A stretch of 64,000 bases of DNA, taken from contig NC_086097.1 of the NCBI RefSeq assembly GCF_963921235.1, positions 170,936,001 to 171,000,000 of the forward strand. Reading direction: 5' to 3'. A model generated the notes under the pieces. That model made no database searches. It was given only the letters and a program-made list of their open reading frames with translations, and was not told the origin of the DNA. The stretch's first letter is position 1. The number at the start of each line of letters is the position of its first letter. Both the position numbers and the translations under genes were made by a program. Positions 12,541 through 25,959 of this stretch are shown piece after piece. The DNA is from Mobula hypostoma (taxonomy: Eukaryota).

Positions 12541-13097
12541 CCTAAGGTCTTGAGTGACCAGGAGAGGGTGGATAGTACAGGTCTATTTCAAAGTTCAAAG
12601 TGAATTTATTATCAAGGTATGTATACAGTATGTTACCATATACTACTTTGAGACTCATTTTCTTGCAGGCATTTACAGCAACAAAATTTTTCAGAGAGCT
12701 ATATATAAACAAAGACTGACAAACCACACTGTGCAAAAGAAGGCATATTGTGCCAATAAACATATCAATGAGAATATGAGTTGCAAAGGTTTTTGAAACT
12801 AAGTCTATGGATCAATTTTCCCTGGTGCAAAGGATGCTGAGAGGTGGTAAGATAGAGATCTATTAAAATTGTGTGGTGCACAGACAGGGTTGATAACCAG
12901 TGCATGGTTCCAATGATAATAGGGGCGCCTAAACTAAAGGGCACAGGGAAAAGATTTATTTGGAAACTTGAGCGGTAAGTCTTTCATAAAAAAAATAGAG
13001 CTGGTATTGGGAACGAGCTGCCAGAGGACAGAGCTGAGGCAGGTCAGTTAAGAAGTATCTGGACTGCTACTCATGTAATCATAGAGAGATATATAAT

Positions 13098-14480
13098 TCA
13101 GAGTCAGAATCTGGTTTATTATCATTGGCATGTATTGTGAAGTTTGTTAATTTAGCAGCAGCAGTTCAATGCAATACAGAATATAGAAGGAAACAAAAGT
13201 AAAAATAAATAAATAAGTAAATCAATTACAGTATATGTATATTGAATAGATTAGAAGTCATGCAAAAGCAGAAATAATGTATATTTAAAAAGTGAAATAA
13301 TTTTACGGGATCAATATCCATTTTGGAATCCGATGGCAGAAGGGAAGAAGTTGTTCCTGAATCACTGAGTGTGTGCCTTCAGGTTTTGGTACCTCCTAAC
13401 TGATGGTAACGGTGAGAAAAGGGCATGCCCTGAGTGCTAGGGGTCCATAATAATGGACACTGCCTTTCTGAGACACCGCTCCGTGAAGATGTTCTGGGTG
13501 CTTTGTAGGCTAGTACCCAAGATGGAGCCGACTAAATTTACGACCCTCTGCAGCTTCTTTCAATCCTGTGCAGTAGTCCCCCCATACCAGACAGTGACGC
13601 AGCCTGTCAGAATGCTCTCCACGGTTCATCTATAGAAGTTTTTGAGTGTTTTTGTTGACATACCAGATCTCTTCAAACTCCTAATGAAGTATAGTTGCTG
13701 TCTTGCCTTCTTTATAGATGCATCGATATTTTGGGACCAGGTTAGATCCTCAGAGATCTTGACACCCAGGAACTTGAAACTGCTCACTCTCTCCACTTCT
13801 GATCCCTCTATGAGGATTGGTATGTGTTCCTTCATCTTACCCTTCCTGAAGTCCACAATCAGCACTTTTGTCTTACTGACATTGAGTGCAAGGATGTTGC
13901 TGCAGCACCACTCCACTAGTTGGTCTATCTCACTCCTGTATGCCCTCTCATCTTCATCTGAGATTCTACCAACAATGGTTGTATCATCAGCAAATTTATA
14001 GATGGTATTTGAGCTATGCTTAGCCGCACATGGGTATAGAGACAGTAGAGCAGTAGGCTAAGCACACACCCCTGAGGTGAACCAGTGTTGATCATCAGCG
14101 AGGTGGAGATATTATCACAAATCCGCACAGATTGCAGTCTTCCATTTAGGAAGTTGAGGATCCAATTGCAGAGGGAGATACCAAGGCCTAGGTTCTGTAA
14201 CTTCCCAATCAGGACTGTGGTAATGATGGTGTTAAATGCTGAGCTATAGTAAATGAACAGCATCCTGACATAGATGTTTGTATTGTCCAGGTGGTCTAAG
14301 GCCGTGTGAAGAGCCATTGAGATTGTGTCTGCCATTGACCTATTGTGGTGATAGGCAAATTGCAGTGGGTCCAGTTCCTTGCTGAAGCAGGAATTAGTGT
14401 AACCATGACCAACCTCTCAAAGCATTTCATCACTTTTAGATGTGGGTGCTACTGGTGATAGTCATTAAGGCAGATCACAA
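13098..14480 (-). mobile_element. Rex1/Babar LINE, 5'-truncated RT and 3' UTR
   Basis: [68 protein letters not shown]; tail aataaaccagattctgactctga. Confidence 0.88.
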
Positions 14481-14569
14481 TAAGACGAGGATTTTTCCCT
14501 GTCTCTGTGTTGCTACTCCTCTGAGATTTCTCCCAGTTAATAAGTTCTGCAAAAGTAAGGGCAAGGGCA

Positions 14570-15840
14570 GTATTAATGCAGGAGTGGCTGTGGGACGTTC
14601 CAGGGTTTAGATGTTTTAAAAGGCAAAAGAGGTTGGGGAGTGGCACTGTATAATGTAACAGCTGCAGAGAGTGAAGGTCAGTAGTGAATTCCTGAGTCAG
14701 TAGTGGGGCTAGAAGTCAGAAAAAGGAATGGAGCAGTCACTCTAACAGAGTATTCTATAGGTCCCCAGCAACAAAGATACTGAGGAGCAGATCAAGCGGC
14801 AGGTTTTAGAGAGATGTGAAAATAACCGGGTTGTTGTTATGGGTGACTTCAACTTCCTTATTACACTTCCTTAGTGCAAAAGGTTTAGATGGGGCAGAAT
14901 TTGTTATGTGTGTCCAGGAAGGCTTCCTGATACAACATGAGGATAGGCTGACTAGAGGAGAGGCCATTCGGCATATAGTACTAACAATGAACCTGGTCAG
15001 GTGACAGATATCTCGGTGAGTGAGCATTTTGGAGACAGTGACCACAACTCCGTGATTATTCCCATAGACTTTCACAGGGACAGGAGCAGATTGCATGCCA
15101 AAGTACTTAACTGATGAAGGGTGAATGGCAATGCTATAAGGAAGGAACTTGGGAGCACAAATTGGGAACAGATGTACTCAATGGAATGCACAACGGAAAT
15201 GTGAAGTTTATTTAGGGAGCTTGTATGGGGTTCTGAATAGGTTTGTCCCTTTGAGACAGGGAAAGGATGGTGGAGTGAAGGATCGTGGTTGACAAGAAAC
15301 GTGAACATCTAGTGAAATGTAAGAAAGAAGCACAGCTATAGTTCTGGAAGCAAGGATCAGACAGGGATTTCGAGAGTTATAAGGTAGCCAGGAAGGAGTT
15401 TGTAAGACCATAAGATCATAAGATATAGGAGCAGAAGTAGGCCATTTGATCCCTGCTTAAGGGACTTTGGAGAGCTAGAAGGGGGCATGAGATGGCCTTG
15501 GCAAATAGGATTAAGGAAAACCCCTAAGCATTCTCCATAATCATGAAGAATAGGAATATGACCAGAGTAAGTATAGGATCGAACAGCGATCAGAGAGGAA
15601 ACATATGCCTGCAGCTGGAGGAGGTAGGAGAATTCAGTATTCACCAGTGAGAGGGACATTGATGAATGTGAGCACAGTGTAGAACAAGCTAATATGCAGA
15701 AACATGTCGACATTATCAAATTCTGGAAACCTGAAAAACATTAGGATAAAGAAGCATAAAGATATACCCCAGGTTGCTACAGAAGCGAGAGAGGAGATGG
15801 CTGCACACTTGTGGTGATCTTTGTATCCTCACTAGCCACA
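14570..15840 (+). mobile_element. CR1 LINE APE-endonuclease and linker region, decayed
   Basis: VVVMGDFNF (ttgttatgggtgacttcaacttc), EFVMCVQEGFLIQ and FGDSDHNS endonuclease motifs. Confidence 0.75.
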
Positions 15841-16907
15841 ACAATAAAAATATCATAGAGTCATAAAACACTATGATACAGGCCCTTCAGCCCATGATGA
15901 ACTATAATTCTGCCCATTCCCATCGACCGGCATGTGGACCATAGTTCTCCATACCCCTCCCATCCATATATTTATCCAAACCTCTTAACTGTTGAAATTG
16001 AACCTGTTGGAGCTTATCCACATTACTCGTCCCCTCTTTCTCCTTAGGCTCAAGCCTCAGGCAAAGAAGAGAGCATTGCAAGCAAAGCAACATCTGATAT
16101 AAGCATTACCATTGAAAGCTGGCTGTAAACAATACCTCACTCTGTAGTTTGTGGGGAGGCCACCTCCATGATGTCAGTTTTCACTGTTAGCTGTTGCCCC
16201 AGAGTCTTCGTGCAAATGGGCATCACGGTCTGCCTGAATGAGTTGGGATGAAAGGACCTTTGATCCTGTCATTTACTGATTCAAAAATGAAAGGAGTGAG
16301 AAGAGGAGGAATATATGGGAAGACAAGCCTGCAACAATCTGTTGGAGGTGTGCAGTAGGTCAAGCAGCATCTGTTGGGGAAATGGAATTACTAATGTTTC
16401 AGGTTGAAATCCTGCAGTGGAGATGTGAGATGTCCAGTATAAAAAGGAGGGTGGGAGGGCTGATTGTGGACTGGGACAAGGTGAACAGTGGTGGGCAGAT
16501 AGAGCCTGATATAGGAGAGGGAAGGATAGATGGAAGGTGGTGGCAGAAAAGAAAAGAGAAACAGATAGAAGGAGGTGGAGGGGGAGGAAGGTGAAGAAGG
16601 CTGGGAAGGGAAGTTAAGGCTGTTTCCTTTAGTATGACAGCAGAAAATATTGGAAACACTCAGCAGGCCGGTTAGCATCTTTGGGAAACAATACAGTTAT
16701 GTTTCAGGTCAATGTATCAGAACTGGGAAGGGGAATTTTACTTAGTGATGCAAAGGTTACATGAGAGAATTAAGAGATGTACTTGTAGCCTGGGGAAAAG
16801 TACACACTCAGGACAACAAATACTTTTTTAGGTTTTAATTCCTTTTCTGTTTTAGATGTTTAAGTGCCAGAAGAGGGTCGCGAAAGAAAACGATCAAACT
16901 TAGAACC

Positions 16908-17763
16908 AGACAAGAGGAATTTTGCAGATACTGGAAATTCAAGCAACACAAAAAGTTGCTGGTAAACGCAGCAGGCCAGGCAGCATCTCTAGGAAGAGGT
17001 ACAGTTGATGTTTCGGGCCGAGAACCTTCGTCAGGACTAACAGAAGGAAGAGTTAGTAAGAGATTTGAAAGTGGGAGGGGGAGGGAGAGATCCAAAATGA
17101 TAGGAGAAGACAGGAGGGGGAGGGATGGAGCCAAGAGCTGGACAGGTGATTGGCAAAGGGGATATGAGAGGATCATGGGACAGGAGGACCAGGGAGAAGG
17201 AAAAGGAGGGGGGGAACCAGAGGATGGGCAATGGGTATAGTCAGAGGGACAGAGGGAGAAAAAGGAGAGTAAGAGAAAGAATGTATGTATAAAAACAAAT
17301 AGCGGATGGGGTATGAGGGGGAGATGGGGCATTAGTGGAAGTTAGAGAAGTCAATGTTCATGCCATCAGGTTGGAGGCTACCCAGACGGAATATAAGGTG
17401 TTGTTCCTCCAACCTGAGTGTGGCTTCATCTTTACAGTAGAGGAGGCCGTGGATAGACATGTCAGAATGGGAATGGGATGTGGACTTAAAATGTGTGGCC
17501 ACTGGGAGATCCTGGTTTATTGCAGAAATGAGTTTGGTGAGGCAGGAGCAAGCTGAGACAATAGGTCTGCCAGGACAGGCAGGTTTGTGGATCTTGGGTA
17601 GGAGGTAGAAACGGGAAGTGCGAGGTGTGGGAACTATAATGTTGGTAGCAGTGGATGGGAGATCCCCTGAGCGGATATTGGCGCTCCCGATGTGGCCTTC
17701 TTTATATTGGCGAGACCTGACGCAGACTGGGAGACCGTTTTGCTGAACACCTACGCTCTGTCT
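16908..17763 (-). mobile_element. Rearranged Penelope-like element: terminal repeat, GIY-YIG C-terminus, RT fragment and an inverted GIY-YIG piece
   Basis: Minus strand: DLPVATHFKSTSHSHSDMSIHGLLYCKDEATLRLEEQHLIFRLGSLQPDGMNIDF (17330-17512) and RFYLLPKIHKPACPGRPIVSAC (about 17530-17670). Plus strand 17680-17763: SRCGLLYIGET*RRLGDRFAEHLRSV. Confidence 0.88.
17002..17039 (-). ncRNA. Minimal type I hammerhead ribozyme motif in the Penelope terminal repeat (CpG-decayed)
   Basis: tagtc-CTGACGA-aggttctcggccc-GAAACATC-aactg. Confidence 0.6.
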
Positions 17764-18514
17764 GTCGTGACATCACTGTCTCCCTTAAAGGCACAGACAA
17801 CTATTCTAGCATTACCCGGATGGATGCCTAAGTACACTTTTAACGATACTGAATAAGATCCTATGGTCACCAGGTTACATACTCTTGACACTTGAATAAA
17901 CCTGCAAGTGTTGTGCTGCCCGAATAGGAGCTAGGCAACAAATCATACAGATGGGGTTGTTCTTTGTGAAGGAATGGGGTTAAAATGAAATATGAGAGCA
18001 TTGTCCAAGGTAATGAAAAGCCTGGTAAAGGTAGATGGAGAAAGATTTTTAATATAAGTGTTTGTTACTATCTTGAATCCACTACCAAAATGTGGGGAAA
18101 TAGATTGAATAAAAGGAACACTGCAGGTGCCAGGAGTCTGAAATAAAATTAAGTCACGACATTTACATTAGACTAATGTTGTTTGATTACAGCTCTACCT
18201 TCTGTACCATAATTCCAAGCAAACTCATCTCCAAATTCCTAATCCTAAGCCTCAATACCACCCGTTGCAATGGGGTCCTGGACCCCCTGACCAATAGAAA
18301 GCAATTAGTAAGGATAGGCATCATGATCATCCTCAGCACTGATGCTCCATAAGTCTGTGTTCACAGGCCCCAACTCTACTCTTTCTACATTCACAACTGT
18401 GAGGCCAGATTCTGCTTAACTCCTTCTACAAGCTTACGGGTGACACCACCATATGTGGGCTAATCACAAATAATAATGAAATTGAGTACAGGAGAGAGAT
18501 AGTAACATGGTACC

Positions 18515-19360
18515 CATAAGACCATAAGATGTAAGGACAGAATTAAGCCATTCAGCCCATCAAGTCTACTCCATAATTCCATCATGGTTCGTTTATTATC
18601 CATCTCAACCCTATTCTCCTGTCTTCTCCCCGTAAACTTGGATGCCCATACTAATCAAGAAACTATAAACCTCTACTTTAAATAAACTCAATGACTTGGC
18701 TTCCACAGCCTCCAGTAATTCCACAGATTCACCCCTTCTGGCTAAAGAAATTCCTCCTCATCTCCATTCTAAAGGGATGTCCTTGTATTTTGAGGCAGTG
18801 CCCACTAGTCATAGACTCCTCCACTATAGGAAGCATCCTGTCCATGTCCATTCTTCTTAGGCCATTATGATATCGATAGGTTTCAATGAGATCCACCCTC
18901 ATTCTTCTAATCTCCAGTCAGTACAGGCCTGGAGCCGTCAAATGCTCCTTATATGTTAACCCTTTCATTTCAGGGATCATTCTCATGAACTTCCTCAGGA
19001 CCTTCTCCAATACCAACACGTCTTTTCTTAAAACTGCTCACAATTTCCAAGTGTGATCTGACCAATGTTTTATAAATCCTCAGCATTACATCTCTGCTTT
19101 CATATTTTTAACTTTGCATTTGCCTTCCTTACCACTGACTAAATCAGCAAATTAACCTTTAGGGAATCCTGCACGAAGATTCCCAAGTCCCTTTGCATCT
19201 CTGGTTTCTGAATTTGTTCCCCATTTAGAAAATAGTTAACGCCTTTATTCGTCCTACCAAAGTAAATGTCCACACAATTGCACACTATATTCTAACTGCA
19301 ATTTCTTTACTCATTATCCTTCTGCAGACTCCCTGCATCCTCAACACTACCTGCCCACCC
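18515..19360 (-). mobile_element. CR1 LINE 3' fragment nested in a Rex1 fragment (18170-18510 and 19360-19540)
   Basis: The CR1 tail ccataagaccataagat starts at about 18515; flanking Rex1 RT remnants continue across the insertion. Confidence 0.75.
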
Positions 19361-19884
19361 TGAACAACAACCTCACTGTTAGCAAAACAAGAGTTGGTCA
19401 TTGATTTCAGGAAGGGTTGGTGCATTTTCCACTTACATCAATGGTGCTGAGATCGAGACGGCTGAAAGTTTTAAGTTCCTCAGAGTGCATTATACCAATA
19501 GCCTGATCTGGTGAAGCCAAATAGACGTCACCACTAATTACCACTTGTATACAAGGACACTGAGGTCTCTTTAAAACATCAACATCTCCTGATATATCAC
19601 CAATTTAAAAAGAAACACTCTGCTTCTTTAGCTTATGCACCAAAGTGTATGGCCACACATTTTTCCACATTGTATTCGAGTTTTCACAGAAAAAATGTTT
19701 TCATATTTCCTTAGAAGCCTTTTTACATATTCCTCCCTACTCTCAGACCCATTTAACTTTGTATTATTGGCAACTTTAGAAATTTGATATTTGGACCTTT
19801 CAGTCAAATTACTCATAAACATTGTGAGTAACTAGGACCCATGCCCTACTCTTCTAGACACAAGAACACGAGAACCTATCATCA

Positions 19885-20014
19885 AACAACAGGAATTCTG
19901 CAGATACTGGAAATTCAAGCAACACACATCAAAGTTGTTGGTGAACGCAGCAGGCCAGGCAGCATCTCTAGGAAGAGGTGCAGTCGATGTTTCAGGCCGA
20001 GACCCTTCGTCAGG
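19885..20014 (-). mobile_element. About 130-bp Penelope terminal-repeat insertion with an 11-bp target-site duplication
   Basis: ACCTATCATCA at 19874-19884 and 20015-20025; the interior is near-identical to 16908-17036 and 62628-62765. Confidence 0.85.
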
Positions 20015-20016
20015 AC
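19981..20016 (-). ncRNA. Minimal hammerhead ribozyme motif
   Basis: gtc-CTGACGA-agggtctcggcct-GAAACATC-gactg; stem I GTC/GAC and stem II AGG/CCT. Confidence 0.65.
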
Positions 20017-22539
20017 CTATCATCAGTCTGGTTTCAACCTGAAACTCTGACCACCCGTTTCCCTCCACGTCATGATGCTGCTCCAGCTACTGAGATCCTC
20101 CAGCAGTCTGTTTGTTGCTCAACACTTAATGGACAGTTAGACAGGTGCATGGATAGGAAAGGTTTACAGGGATGTGGGCTAACTGTATATAAATGAGACA
20201 AGCTTAGTCAGCAATGATGAGTTGGGCTGCAGGGAATGTTTTCATGCTGTATCTCTATGGCATTTTGATTCTATAAATGAATCTCTATGACGGTTACATG
20301 AGCTGAAAGCGAATATCACGACTGGCTAAGGGAGCTTCGAGCTTCCAATTGTTACTAACAGATGAAGAGCTACCCTTGCACATCAATGTGAAGTTGCGTC
20401 TGATCTTTTCCTTATATGACACTTCACTGCAGAAGGCTTCACACTGCAGTGCAGGTTAGAGGGAGACAAACCAAGAGGCAGATTTCAGAGAATGAAACAA
20501 TAGAACTATGATCAGAGTTAAAAGAACAAGCAAAATAAAAAAAATATGGTTCGAATTTAATTCCATCTGCAAAATCACCATTACACCTAAAAAGATATTT
20601 AAAAGATAAAGACACCTATCCATGATTTTTGTGGTTATTGATAGCATGCCACATCACAATGTCAAATAGCATTGTCCATTCTTCCAAGTATACTATATGT
20701 GCCTTTTGATGTATAAATTGTTTCCATCTTCAGTCTGATTAGAAAGTTTCACCGAGTGGGAGAAGAGACAAGAACCAGGAATGGAGTACCAGAGGTGGAC
20801 TAAATTATGAGAAAAATATATTTGCATTGATGCCATAATGAGTTCCTCCGGCAATAACTCTTTATTAAATCCTTCTTTACCTATTAAATGGAGAACAAAT
20901 GCTCGATATAAAATGTAAGTTTTGTTTTCCAATTTTACTAAATTGTTAAACTGGGATAGTTTGTAAATTATCCCAGCAGTCTCCTTTCACCATCTACAAA
21001 GGAACTAATGCTTCATTAGTGAACACAAAATCACAGTTGTAACCTATGGTTATCACACAAAGACAAATGCAATTACACCAGCTTTCTACATCAGTGTGAA
21101 ATCACATCAGTACCAGGTCACAGAACAGGACTTCTGCTCTGATTGATTTTAGAAGCAGACACACAACATGCACATTAAAAATATAAGTTAAATATAAATT
21201 ATACAAAATTATACAGGAAAAAACACAATTCAAACAAAAAAAAAGTCCATTGCAGTGTCATAGTGGTCAAGGTGGTTATAATGTTGCTAGACGAAGATAG
21301 CAATCAGGGTTGTCTAGGTTGTCTATATCTGAGTAGTTGAAGGGAAGCAGCTGTTCTTAAACCTGGGATAGTGTGAGGTAGTCAGGCTCCTCTACCTGCT
21401 GCCCATTGGCAGATGGCATGGTCCAGATGGTGGGAATCTTTGATGATGAATGCTGTCTTCTTGAGGCCTTGCACCCTCAGATAATACCAATGGTGGGGAG
21501 GGAAGCACTCATAATATATTTTACTGAGGGCACTACTCTCTAAATTCTTACTTTCTTGTGCTTTCATTTTCCTATATCATGATGCAACCAGTCAAGATGT
21601 AAGAGAGAAGTTAGAGGGAAGGGGATTGATCTGAGAGCTGGCATGAACTCGAAGGGTAGAATAGTCACATTAGGAAAGCTGAGACACCAGACTGAAGCAA
21701 CTCTGGCTCGGCAGGATCATGCATCCAGCTGTTCAAGCAGCCAAGCTCGAGAAACAAGTTCAAGGTCGAAGACAAGACCAATAAAGCAGGTCTGTCAGGT
21801 TACTGCATTTCACAATTTTAAACAAAAATTCCTTTGCTTGAGGGAATGGGAAGAAACTAAGAAGAGGAGAGAAAGAAAGTTTTAAATAATACAGGATACT
21901 GACAGTATGTCCACAACACTCCAGAGGAGACAAGCCTCTCCATCACAACCTTTCAGAAGCCACAACCAACTGTTTAAAGTGATCATCCAAAACAGGGTGT
22001 GGAGATGGCCAAGTAGAGCAAGATATGCCTGTGAATTGATTCCTGTCATGGAGCTGATCAGGCTTGGAAACTGGTCAGCCAGCAACCATGAAGGGAGAAA
22101 GGCAGATTAAGGCTTCATTTTGATACATTGAAAACACTGAATCAGAAACAGGTTTATTATCATTGACATATCACAAAACTTGTGGCAACAGAAAATTGCA
22201 AAAAAAAAGCTATAAGTTACAAAAAAAAAGATAATGCAAAAGATAAAAAATGAGGTAGTATTCATGGGTTCAGAAATTTGATGGCAGAGGGGAAGAAGCT
22301 GTCCTTAAACAATGAGTGTGCATCTTCAGGCGAACCCCCTTCCTAATGTAATGAGAAGAGTATATGTCCTGGACAGTGAGGGTCTTCGGAGTAGGAAATA
22401 GGAGTAGGCCTAGGTCATTTGGCTCTTGAATATGCTCTGCTCTTTAATGACCATCAAAATTCAATATCCTTTTCCAGCTTTCTCCCTATAGTTAATGAAT
22501 GTGTTCCAGAAGCTAAGAATAATAAACACAAGAAATTCT

Positions 22540-23790
22540 TCACATGCTGGGAATGCAAAACAAAGCATACCAAAATGCTGGAGGATCTCAGCAGATCTGG
22601 CAGAATCAAAGGAAATGAACAAGCAGTCAATGTTTCGAGCTGAGGCCCGACTTCAGGACTGGAAAGGAAGTGGGTAGATGCCAGAATAAAAAAGGTGGGG
22701 GGGGGAGGAGAAGGAGGTTAGCTAGAAAGTGTTAGGTGAAGCCAGGCAGGAGGGAAAGGAATTTGAAAAGAGCGGAAAGTGGACTATAGGAGAAAGAGAA
22801 GGGGAAGTGATAGGCAGATGAGAAGAGGTAAGAGGCCAGAATGGGAATAGAAGAATAGGGGAGGGGTGGGACTATTTTACCAGAAGGGGAAATCAGTATT
22901 CATGTCTAGAGATTGGAGGCTACCCAGATGGAATATAAGCTGATGATCCTCCACCCTGAGCATGGCTTCACTGTGGCACATGAGGAGGTCATGTACCGAC
23001 ATGTCGGAACAGGAATGGAAATCAGAATTGAAGAGTTTTGCCAGAGGAAAACTCAGCTTTTGGTGAATGGAACAGAGGTGCTAAACAAAGCGGACCCCCA
23101 ATTTATAACGGGTCTTACCAATGAAGAGGAAGTCACATTGAGAGCACCAGATACAATAGATAACCCCGGCAGATTTGCAGGTGAAGTGTTGCCTCATCTG
23201 GAAGGATTGTTTGGGGCTCTGAATAGAGGGGAGGGAGGAGGTAAACAAGCAGATGCAGCGCTTTGGCCACTTGCAGGGATAAGTGCCAGGCGGTAAGTTT
23301 GTGGAGGGACGAGTGGACGAGGGAATCGCAGAGGGATCAATCCCTGCTGATAGCGGGGGCAGGGGAGTAGAGGGGGGGAGTAAAGATGTGTTTGGTAACA
23401 GGATCACTTTGGAGGCCGCGGAAATTGCAGAGGACAATGTATTGGATGTGGAGGCTTTTGTAGTGGTGGCTAAGGACAAGAGGAACTCCATCACTGTTAA
23501 GGCAGCGGGAAGCTGAGGTGCGCATGAATGTTCAGGAAATGGAGGAGATGTGGGTGAGGGCAACATCAACGGTGAAGGAATAGAAACCACATTCTTTGAA
23601 GAAAGAGAACATCTCTGATGTCCTGGAAAGGAAAGCATCATCCTGGGAACAGATGAGGCAGAGAAAAAGGAAATGAGAAAAGAGAATAGTATTTTTACAG
23701 GAGGCAGGGTGGGAAGGGGTATAGTCAAGACAGCCATGGGAATTGGTAGGTTTATTAAAGACGTCAGTTGATAATCTATCTCCAGAGAGT
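22540..23790 (-). mobile_element. Penelope-like element, 3' half (RT C-terminus, GIY-YIG endonuclease, terminal repeat)
   Basis: LSTDVFNKPTNSHGCLDYTPSHP, FTCKSAGVIYCIWCSQCDFLFIGKTRYKLG; degenerate ribozyme motif cagtc-CTGAAGT...GAAACATT-gactg at 22624-22662. Confidence 0.85.
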
Positions 23791-24954
23791 TTGCTCCTGT
23801 ACATTGCAGCCTCCCTACCAGGTGATGATGCAATTGGTCAGAATGCTGTCTATCATGCATCTATAGAAATTTGCTAGAGTCTTGGGTGACCTACTGAACC
23901 TGCTCAATCTCTTGTTAAAGTATAGCCGCTGATGGGTTTTTCTCATGATTGCAACAATATGTTGGGCTCACTTTATACGACCACCCTCAGTATCCAAAAG
24001 TTTCCCTTAGGTCTATTTTTTTTAAACCTTTCCCCTCTGGTTCTTGGTTTTGCATGGCTTCACCCAATCTATGGACTTGATATAGGATGAACCCAGTCCT
24101 TACTGAAGAATGGAACAGACTTGAGAGGCTGAAGGGCCTACTCTTACTCCTAGTCTTTCTCCCTCATGCCAATTCTAGCAGAAAGATATTATAATATTAT
24201 ATTATTACAACATTAGCTATGACCTGTGCAAGCACCTTCTGCAGCAGGGCAAGATCGATGAGACTGCAGTGTTTCAAAGCAGAACCTCACTTAACAGGCA
24301 AAATAATATTGCTTTAATTTAAAATATTTCTTAATGTGTTGAAGAAAGGCAAAGTTTGATTAAGGCACAAATGTATTAATAAGATATAAGCATTCAACAC
24401 CAAAGGAACAACCCACTGCCCATGAATAATCCAATTTTATCATAACTTTTCCATTTTAAATGGAATTATTTCCCTCTTAGCCTAGCAACCAGGGCAGCAA
24501 AATGGTGCAACAGTCACCGCTTCTGCTTTGCAACTCCAGGGATTCATGTTCAATCCTGACTCCTGCTACTGTCCATGTGGAGTTTGAATGTTCTCCTTGT
24601 ACAAGACATTGGGGAGGTCACTATTAGAATATAGTGTACAGTTTTGATTACCCTGCTATAAGATAGATGCCATTAAACTGGAAAGAGTGTAAGGAGAGTT
24701 GCAAGAATGATGGCCGCACTCGAGGGACTGAATTATGGACTAATGCTGAGCAGGTTAGGATTTTGCTTGTTGGAGCGTAGGAGACTGAGAAGTGATTGTA
24801 TGGAGGCAGTGCATAGACAGGGTGAATATGCACAGTCTTTTTCCCAGGGTTGTGTAATCAAGAACTAGAGGGCATAGATTTAAGGAGAAAGAGAAAAGAT
24901 TTAGTCAGAACCTGAGGGGCTACTTTGTCACCCAAAGGGTGGTCCTTAAATGGA

Positions 24955-25285
24955 ATGGGGTTTGCTGGCTCGGGGCCTGGGCAGCTTGCAATCACTAAGG
25001 GAACAATGAATTCAAGATTGATCAAGACTTTTTACAGGATAATCTCAGGGTAGCAGTCCATCACCTGAAGCTTAATAGAAGTTGGATGATGCAACAAGAC
25101 AATGATCCAAAAGACAAGAGTGAATCAACAACAGAGTGATTTTTAAAAAAAGAAAATTTGTGTTTTGGAATGGCTGAGTCAAGCTCCTGACCTTAATCCA
25201 ATGGAATTGTTGTAGAAGGCCCTGAAGCAAGCTGTTCATGCCAGGAAGCCCACCAACATCCCAGAGCTGAAGCAGTTATGTAAGG
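24955..25285 (+). mobile_element. Tc1-like transposase fragment
   Basis: WMMQQDNDPK...VLEWLSQAPDLNPMELL..LKQAVHARKP, covering the second D and the E of DD34E; no TIRs seen. Confidence 0.8.
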
Positions 25286-25835
25286 ACTCCTTGTGCAGGA
25301 TTCCTTAAATGTTAACTTGAAGTTTGAGTCAGTGGTAAGGAAAGCAAGTGCAATATTAGCATTTGTCTCAAGAGAACTAGAGTATAAGAGCAAGGTTGTG
25401 ATGCTGAGGCTTAATAAGGCATTGGTCAGACTGCACTTGGAGTATTATGAGCAGTTTTGGGCCTCTTATCTAAGAAAAGATGTGCTGGTATTGGAGAGGG
25501 TCCAGAGGAAGTTCATGAGAATGATTCCAAGAAAAAAGGGTTAACCTGTTAGGAGCATTTGACATCTATGGGCCAGTATTCACCAGAATTTAGAAGAATG
25601 AGGGGTTTCTCATTGAAACCTATTGATTATTGAAAGGCCTAGACAGAATGGATGTTTCCTATAGTGGGTGAGTCTTGGGCTAGAGAGCACAGCCTCAGAA
25701 TACAGGGACATCCTGAGATAAGAAGAAATTTCTTTAGCAAGATGGTAAATGAATCTATGGCTTTCATTGCCATGGACAGCTATGAAGGGTCATTGAATGT
25801 ATTTAAATTTTTTGTTTGAGTGGTTCTTGATTATT
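25286..25835 (+). mobile_element. CR1 LINE 3' fragment
   Basis: ORF 25293-25544: VVRKASAILAFVSRELEYKSK...LEYYEQFWASYLRKDVLVLERVQRKF. Confidence 0.8.
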
Positions 25836-25959
25836 CAGTTACCCTCCCCCATATTTTGCATATCCCTATAAGACCTCCCCAGTTCTCCTGTGTTCCATAG
25901 AAAATAGTCCCAACTTATTCATCTTTTTGTTATAAATACAAATTCAAATTGTTAAGAAA

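Noticed and set aside
17764..17940. Possible solo LTR (TGT...ACA with AATAAA)
   Set aside because: No TSD and no second copy in the window; the left boundary is obscured by the Penelope insertion.
20456..20932. Hydrophobic short ORFs as possible exons of a neighbouring gene such as a second cadherin
   Set aside because: No cadherin or other known motifs and no convincing splice signals; no second host gene found in the window.
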